64,000 bases of DNA from Gammaproteobacteria bacterium (GTDB taxonomy: Bacteria; Pseudomonadota; Gammaproteobacteria; G965277405). The stretch covers positions 1,216,001 through 1,280,000 of the forward strand of contig OZ255726.1 of the NCBI GenBank assembly GCA_965277405.1, in the 5' to 3' direction. Positions 58,127-64,000 of the stretch are shown one piece after another. A model generated the notes under the pieces. The model was given only the letters and a program-made list of their open reading frames with translations. It was not told the origin of the DNA and made no database searches. A program made the translations under genes and the position numbers. Each line of letters starts with the position of its first letter. Position 1 is the first letter of the stretch.

Positions 58127-59002
58127 CTAGAGAATATAAACAAATATAAATAAACCAACCCAAACAACATCAACAAAATGCCAATACCAAGCTACTCCTT
58201 CAAAACCAAAATGATTCTCCTTAGAAAAGTGACCACGGCAGAGGCGGAGTAAAATAACGAATAACATGATTGTTCCCATCGTGACGTGGAGTCCATGGAA
58301 ACCAGTTAACATAAAAAAAGTAGCCCCATAAATACCAGAGGCAAGCGTTAAACCAAGGTGCTGATACGCCTCATAATATTCATACCCTTGCACATATAAA
58401 AACACCATCCCGCAACACACTGTGGTAGTCATCCATATAATAGTTGCTTTACGGTTATTTAATTTCAACGCATTGTGAGCAAATGTTAACGTAAAACTTG
58501 AGCTCAACAATAAGCCTGTATTCACTAACGGTAGACCTAGTGGCTCAATTGTTGCCACAGGTCCGATAATGCTCGTATCAGGATTGACCAGTAATGGCCA
58601 TTGATAAATAAACTCACTCCATAACACCACAGAGTTGATTTCACGACCCGCTTCTCCATTTAGCCACGGCAGCGTGACTTGGCGCACGTACCACAACGCA
58701 AAAAAGAATGCAGCAAAGAAAAAAACCTCAGAAACAATAAACCAAAACATCCCCCAGCGAAAAGACCGATCCATTTGCTGTGAATATTTCCCACTACGGC
58801 TCTCTGCGATGACATTTGCAAACCAGCCAAACATCATATAGGCAATCAGTAGCGCCCCAACCATCGTCACAACCGCCGGGATGACGCCACCACCTGTGGT
58901 CAGTAACAAGCCAAAGCCTATTAAAGTTGTGGTGATACCAATAGTTGCAACTATTGGCCATTTGCTTGTTGCGGGCACATAATATGCTTGATATTCACTC
59001 AT
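58127..59002 (-). CDS. ctaE: Cytochrome c oxidase subunit III
   Basis: FIVSEV, TGFHGLHV and WYWHFVDVVW. Confidence 0.96.
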   Translation of the reverse strand: MSEYQAYYVPATSKWPIVATIGITTTLIGFGLLLTTGGGVIPAVVTMVGALLIAYMMFGWFANVIAESRSGKYSQQMDRSFRWGMFWFIVSEVFFFAAFFFALWYVRQVTLPWLNGEAGREINSVVLWSEFIYQWPLLVNPDTSIIGPVATIEPLGLPLVNTGLLLSSSFTLTFAHNALKLNNRKATIIWMTTTVCCGMVFLYVQGYEYYEAYQHLGLTLASGIYGATFFMLTGFHGLHVTMGTIMLFVILLRLCRGHFSKENHFGFEGVAWYWHFVDVVWVGLFIFVYIL

Positions 59003-59010
59003 AATACTTG

Positions 59011-59544
59011 TTAGGAATCGGTTGGGGTTACATCAAATAAGGTATAGGACAAGGTTAATTCCTTCACCTCTTTGCTAATATCCGGGTCAAGATAAAACAA
59101 AACTTTTAAATATTGTTCTTCACCAGGTTGCAGGGTTTGTCGGTCAAAACAAAAACACTCTATTTTGCGCATGTATTCAGCAGCTGCAGCTGGCGCTATA
59201 CTTGGCACAGCCTGCACGACTATCGGAACATCTGTCTCGTTATAAGCCAAGTACTCAACTTGGCGAATTTCACCAGGATTGATTAACATCCGTTGCGTAA
59301 TCGTCTTAAAGCGCACAGGTAGCTTTTCATTAGCTTGCACCATAAATGTCATGGCAAGTTCACGACTAACGTCAACTGCAACGGCATCCTCAGCAGAATA
59401 CTGCTTACCATCTGTTTTACCATTGAGCCCCGTCACTGCGCAAATCACATCATAGATTGGAACTAGCGCAAAACCAAAACCAAACATACAGACAGTGAAC
59501 AACACAAGTTTTGTCACATGATGACGCATTGGCTGTGTGCTCAT
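59011..59544 (-). CDS. ctaG: Cytochrome c oxidase copper chaperone CtaG/Cox11
   Basis: VPIYDVIC..TG and KIECFCF; start at MSTQP. Confidence 0.95.
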   Translation of the reverse strand: MSTQPMRHHVTKLVLFTVCMFGFGFALVPIYDVICAVTGLNGKTDGKQYSAEDAVAVDVSRELAMTFMVQANEKLPVRFKTITQRMLINPGEIRQVEYLAYNETDVPIVVQAVPSIAPAAAAEYMRKIECFCFDRQTLQPGEEQYLKVLFYLDPDISKEVKELTLSYTLFDVTPTDS

Positions 59545-59555
59545 TTGTAAACTGC

Positions 59556-61130
59556 CTAGTTGGTTATCACAGGAGGGGTAGAAAAAGTATGCAATGGGGC
59601 AGGAGATGGTATTGTCCACTCCAGTCCATGCGACTTGGCATCTTCCCAGACTTCATCAGTAGCTTTTTTGCCTGTTATGCAGCCTTTGTAAACAACATAC
59701 AGGAAAATCAATTGGCTAAATCCAAAAATAAATGAGCCAATACTGGAGAGCATATTAAAGTCAGTAAACTGCAATGGATAATCTGGAATACGCCGTGGCA
59801 TTCCTGCTAAACCAAGAAAATGCTGCGGGAAAAATGTAATATTCACAGAAATGACCGACAACCAAAAGTGCCAAGTAGCCAATTTCATATCATACATCCG
59901 CCCAGTCCATTTTGGCATCCACAAATACGTTGCGGCAAATAGTGAAAACAACGCTCCAGTTACCAGCACATAATGAAAGTGCGCAACAATAAAATAGGTA
60001 TCATGGTATTGAAAATCAAGTGGGGCCATCGCCATCATAACCCCAGTAAAACCGCCAATCGTAAATAACACAACAAAAGCAATTGCAAACAACATGGGTG
60101 GCTCGAAGCTCAATGACCCTTGAAAGATCGTAGTAATCCAATTGAATATTTTTACTCCTGTAGGCACTGCAATGACAATAGTCGCGTACATGAAAAATAA
60201 TTCCGCTTCTAACGGTAGCCCGACTGTGAACATATGGTGCGCCCAAACAACCATTGCCAGTAATGCGATTGAAGCTAATGCATACACCATAGAAGCATAG
60301 CCAAACAGTTCTTTTCTTGCAAAAATCGGAATGATGGTAGAAACAATACCAAAAGCAGGAAGGATGAGTATATAGACTTCTGGATGCCCAAAAAACCAAA
60401 AAATATGTTGGTATAACACAGGATCACCGCCGCCGGCAGCATCAAAAAATGTCGTGCCAAAATGGATATCGGTCAACAACATTGTTACTGCACCTGCTAA
60501 CACGGGCAATGAAGTAATAATAAGAAATGCAGTGATCAACCACGACCAACTAAAAATCGGCATTTTCATCAGCGCCATACCTGGAGCACGCAGATTTAAA
60601 ATCGTCGCGATAATGTTAATCGCCCCTAAAATTGAAGATAACCCCAACATATGCACGGCAAATATCAGAAATGTCATGGTGTCTTTGGGCGCAAAAGTAG
60701 TTGATAGCGGCGGATACATCGTCCACCCTCCAGCAGGGCCACCACCTGGCATAATAAAAGTAGAAATCAACACGACAGCAGCAAATGGAATCAACCAAAA
60801 ACTTAAATTATTCAACCGTGGCAATGCCATATCTGGAGCACCAATCTGCAATGGAATCATCCAGTTGGCAAAACCTGTGAACGCAGGCATAACCACTAAA
60901 AAAACCATCACCAATCCATGGACTGTAGTCATTGAATTGAACATAAGAGGGTCAACTATTTGAATACCTGGCTCGAATAGTTCAGCACGGACAACCAACG
61001 CCATCCCTCCACCGACAAATAGCATTACCAATGCAAACGCCAAATACATCGAAGCAATCTCTTTATGATTGGTAGTAGTGATGTATCTCAATATCCCACG
61101 CTTGGCGTGGTGACCGTTAGCTTCAGTCAT
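59556..61130 (-). CDS. ctaD: Cytochrome c oxidase subunit I (A1 type)
   Basis: GHPEVY, WAHH and AHFHY; AGGAG RBS before ATG 61130. Confidence 0.98.
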   Translation of the reverse strand: MTEANGHHAKRGILRYITTTNHKEIASMYLAFALVMLFVGGGMALVVRAELFEPGIQIVDPLMFNSMTTVHGLVMVFLVVMPAFTGFANWMIPLQIGAPDMALPRLNNLSFWLIPFAAVVLISTFIMPGGGPAGGWTMYPPLSTTFAPKDTMTFLIFAVHMLGLSSILGAINIIATILNLRAPGMALMKMPIFSWSWLITAFLIITSLPVLAGAVTMLLTDIHFGTTFFDAAGGGDPVLYQHIFWFFGHPEVYILILPAFGIVSTIIPIFARKELFGYASMVYALASIALLAMVVWAHHMFTVGLPLEAELFFMYATIVIAVPTGVKIFNWITTIFQGSLSFEPPMLFAIAFVVLFTIGGFTGVMMAMAPLDFQYHDTYFIVAHFHYVLVTGALFSLFAATYLWMPKWTGRMYDMKLATWHFWLSVISVNITFFPQHFLGLAGMPRRIPDYPLQFTDFNMLSSIGSFIFGFSQLIFLYVVYKGCITGKKATDEVWEDAKSHGLEWTIPSPAPLHTFSTPPVITN

Positions 61131-61168
61131 GACTTTCTCCTGCTGCATCCATCCATTATTAAATAAAC

Positions 61169-62284
61169 CTATCGTTTACTTGCCACATCACTTGGCATCA
61201 CCACAGCAACACTCGCTTGATTACCCCATGAATTGCGTTGATACGTCAGTATCGCGGCAATTTCATGATCTTTTAACTGCTCACCAAATGCAGCCATAGC
61301 CGTACCTTTGCTACCATGCAGCACCACATTGATATGCGCGTTAATTTCTCCCAAAACAACTGCGTTGCCTATAAAACTTGGGAAAACTGGCGGGTTTCCT
61401 TTCCCATCAATGCCATGGCACACAGCACAGTTCGTTTTATAGACTGTCTCGCCTAATTGTAGCAACTCATCTTTTGTGAACACTTTATTCTTCAAAGGAT
61501 CTTCAATTTTATTCGCGGCTTCTTGCTCTGCTAACCAGCTGTCAAATTTATCTGCTGGCATAGCATTGATAACAATAGGCATATACCCATGATTCATCCC
61601 GCATAACTCTGCGCATAGACCACGATAAATACCAGGGGTGGTAATTTTTGTCCACGCCTCATTCACAAAACCAGGAATTGCATCGCGCTTGACGCCAACC
61701 TCAGGAACCCACCATGAATGCACCACATCATTTGAGGTAACTAGAAACCTTATTTTTCGATTAACGGGCAAGTTGAGCATATTATCAACTTCAAGCAGAT
61801 AGTATTCGCCTTTGTCTATACCGTTATATATTTGCTCAGTTGGTGTACTTAAATTACTAAAAAAACTGACGTTCTTATCTAGATATTCATATTTCCACTT
61901 CCACTGATAGCCGGTCACTACTACGTCAAGCTCTGCGGCGTCAGTATCGTACATTTTCTTGAGTAAATTTGTGGCTGGAATTGCCATTATAACCAACAAA
62001 ATGATTGGGATAATCGTCCACAATAGCTCTAACGTAACGCTGTCTGAAAATTTTGCGGAGACGGCTCCCTGCGACTTTCTGTATTTAAAAAGCGAGTATA
62101 CAATCACTCCATAGACAACGACAGCAACGCCTGCCATGATGTACATGACCATCATGTGCAAGTCATACGCTGCTGCGGTAAGAAGCGTTACTCCACGGGT
62201 CACGTTAACGCGTGAAGCTTCTGCGGCGGCAACAACAGCAGACATTGGTAAAATCGCAGCTAATGTCAGCAGCCTTTTAAACAT
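61169..62284 (-). CDS. ctaC: Cytochrome c oxidase subunit II with fused cytochrome c
   Basis: CuA site H..CAELCG..H..M; C-terminal CAVCH. Confidence 0.97.
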   Translation of the reverse strand: MFKRLLTLAAILPMSAVVAAAEASRVNVTRGVTLLTAAAYDLHMMVMYIMAGVAVVVYGVIVYSLFKYRKSQGAVSAKFSDSVTLELLWTIIPIILLVIMAIPATNLLKKMYDTDAAELDVVVTGYQWKWKYEYLDKNVSFFSNLSTPTEQIYNGIDKGEYYLLEVDNMLNLPVNRKIRFLVTSNDVVHSWWVPEVGVKRDAIPGFVNEAWTKITTPGIYRGLCAELCGMNHGYMPIVINAMPADKFDSWLAEQEAANKIEDPLKNKVFTKDELLQLGETVYKTNCAVCHGIDGKGNPPVFPSFIGNAVVLGEINAHINVVLHGSKGTAMAAFGEQLKDHEIAAILTYQRNSWGNQASVAVVMPSDVASKR

Positions 62285-62329
62285 GTGTTAATCCTATAAA
62301 TATAATATTGTCTCACCATCATCTAGGTA

Positions 62330-62542
62330 TTAAGTAACAGCTATATGTACAAAAAATAAAATTGATGCAATAAAAAAAATAGTGAAAATAACCCCACCCA
62401 CAATATATGGGAAAGGGTCGCTTTGCTGATTATCTTGCTCAAAAATTCGCTTACTTTGCACACCAATAAACGCACCTAGAATGCTGCATATATAGTGCCA
62501 CGGACGCAAATCGCCAGTTTTGGGCTTTTGTGTGTTTTTCAT
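62330..62542 (-). CDS. Small membrane protein, DUF2970-like
   Basis: SILGAFIGVQS....D....P..YI..G pattern, recalled from proteins near cox operons. Confidence 0.7.
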   Translation of the reverse strand: MKNTQKPKTGDLRPWHYICSILGAFIGVQSKRIFEQDNQQSDPFPYIVGGVIFTIFFIASILFFVHIAVT

Positions 62543-62634
62543 TATATTCCAATACATTAACAACCGCACTACCATATGCAGTTGCAATGAATATATATCA
62601 TATCCCAAGTAAAATGGCTCACGTTGATGACAAG

Positions 62635-63687
62635 TTAATGACAAGTTAGTATCATTTGTCCACCACCTAAACACTGTTCGCCCGAGTAGAAAACGCAATA
62701 TTGCCCTGGGGTTAATGCCCGTTGCGGCGATGAAAATTCGACGATATTGCTACCTTGATCCACTGATACCACACATGCTTGGTCAGTTTGCCGGTACCGT
62801 GACTTAGCCATACAATGCATCGGCAAAGATGGAACTTCGTTAATCCAATGGATGTTTGCTATTACAGCATGCTTGCGAAATAACAACGGATGATTGCCAC
62901 CTTGAACCACCATCAAAGTATTTGTCGTTTGATTTTTATCGACCACATACCAAGGCTGACCGTTACCTTGCTGACGACCGCCAATCAATAACCCTTGCCG
63001 TTGACCAAGCGTATAACTCGCCAGCCCCTGATGTTGACCAATTTCCTTGCCGTTTTCATCAATAATCGAACCAGTTGACAGTGGTATATGTTCAGCGATA
63101 AAACCACGAAAGTTTCGATCGCCGATAAAGCAGATGCCTACTGAATCTTTGCGTTGATGGTTATGCAATCCATGCTGTTTGCCAAATTCACGTACAGCCG
63201 GCTTATGTAGATCAGCCAACGGAAACAACGACTGTTGCAACTGTTGGGCTAGCAGCGCATGCAGAAAATAACTTTGGTCTTTGCAACCGTCTGTAGCCTT
63301 ATACAATCTGCCTGCTATTGTTTTGGCATAATGCCCTGTAGCGATTGCATCTGCACCAATTGAACGCGCATAATTAAAAAAAGCGTCAAACTTAATCTCG
63401 CGATTACACAACACATCTGGGTTTGGGGTTATCCCACATTTAAGGTCTGCAATAAATGCAGCAAACACCCGTTGCCTATATTCTTCGATAAAATTAACGC
63501 TTTGTAATTCACAGCCAATGGCATCGGCTGCATGCGCGGCATCAATAAAATCTTCACGCGCAGTGCAATGTTCATCATCGCGCCAGTTTTGCATAAATAC
63601 GCCGACAACATCATGCCCCTGTTGCTTGCAAAGGAGTGCAGCAACAGATGAGTCAATGCCACCTGACATACCAACAGCAACGCGCAT
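62635..63687 (-). CDS. mnmA: tRNA 2-thiouridylase
   Basis: GMSGGIDSS, TPNPD.LCN, ATGHY, KDQSYFL, GICFIG and TPGQ. Confidence 0.97.
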   Translation of the reverse strand: MRVAVGMSGGIDSSVAALLCKQQGHDVVGVFMQNWRDDEHCTAREDFIDAAHAADAIGCELQSVNFIEEYRQRVFAAFIADLKCGITPNPDVLCNREIKFDAFFNYARSIGADAIATGHYAKTIAGRLYKATDGCKDQSYFLHALLAQQLQQSLFPLADLHKPAVREFGKQHGLHNHQRKDSVGICFIGDRNFRGFIAEHIPLSTGSIIDENGKEIGQHQGLASYTLGQRQGLLIGGRQQGNGQPWYVVDKNQTTNTLMVVQGGNHPLLFRKHAVIANIHWINEVPSLPMHCMAKSRYRQTDQACVVSVDQGSNIVEFSSPQRALTPGQYCVFYSGEQCLGGGQMILTCH

Positions 63688-63688
63688 G

Positions 63689-64000
63689 TTATTGGAGCTT
63701 GGCAACCAGCATTTGGTTTACTGTGCTAGGATTTGCCTTACCTCGTGACTGCTGCATGACCTGCCCTACAAAAAACCCGATGAGTTTTTTTTGTTTTTTT
63801 GCATCTGCTGCTTGGTATTGGGCAACTTGCGGTTGATATGCGGCAACAACAGCGTCTACTATTGTTGCAATCACCGCTGGATCGCTTACCTGCCGATATC
63901 CTTGCTCGTCAATAAATGCATCAACCGCTGCTGCATCAGCTACAGGTTGCTGCCAAAACTGACTCAACAACTCCTTAGCAATTTTACCACTAATTGTTGC
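63689..64000 (-). CDS. gatB: Asp/Glu-tRNA amidotransferase subunit B, C-terminal part (truncated by the window edge)
   Basis: QVSD and GFFVGQVM..SRGKANP. Confidence 0.9.
   Translation of the reverse strand, partial: ATISGKIAKELLSQFWQQPVADAAAVDAFIDEQGYRQVSDPAVIATIVDAVVAAYQPQVAQYQAADAKKQKKLIGFFVGQVMQQSRGKANPSTVNQMLVAKLQ

Noticed and set aside
61169-62284. Cytochrome c fused to oxidase subunit II
   Set aside because: This fusion is common in gammaproteobacterial CoxB and is not novel.

Overview
Chromosomal window from an AT-leaning, non-enterobacterial gammaproteobacterium (gatB, an aa3-type oxidase operon, Pseudomonadales-style long PstC/PstA, hisE-tat linkage). Divergent proteins, broken conserved operons and IS proliferation suggest a host-associated genome under erosion; this is inference. 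From left to right: an AT-rich plasmid-like remnant (rep pseudogene, two-subunit RM+S restriction-modification locus, decayed IS1106-like element); lptM-hldE-rnpB; pckA; the atp operon; dusA-tsaE-amiB-avtA; def-fmt-[inserted Fur-regulated sitABCD]-rsmB-hisE-tatA-orf-tatBC; yqgF; hemE-bamD; an ~8-kb roughly mirror-symmetric pile-up of IS5-family elements and MITEs around hinT; pstCAB-phoU-phoB without pstS or phoR; a tRNA-Ile/tRNA-Ala/23S/5S unit with its own promoter and no 16S gene; lolB-gshA; two OmpA-domain paralogs; ribH-nusB-pgpA; hslUV; the cox operon; mnmA; partial gatB. Most of this is housekeeping, and I cannot demonstrate a wholly new multi-gene system from sequence alone. The best leads are the recurrent tandem duplications of start-codon regions (atpD, sitA, phoB), the end-to-end mirrored IS/MITE array, the unlinked rRNA operon and the orphan gene inside the tat operon.
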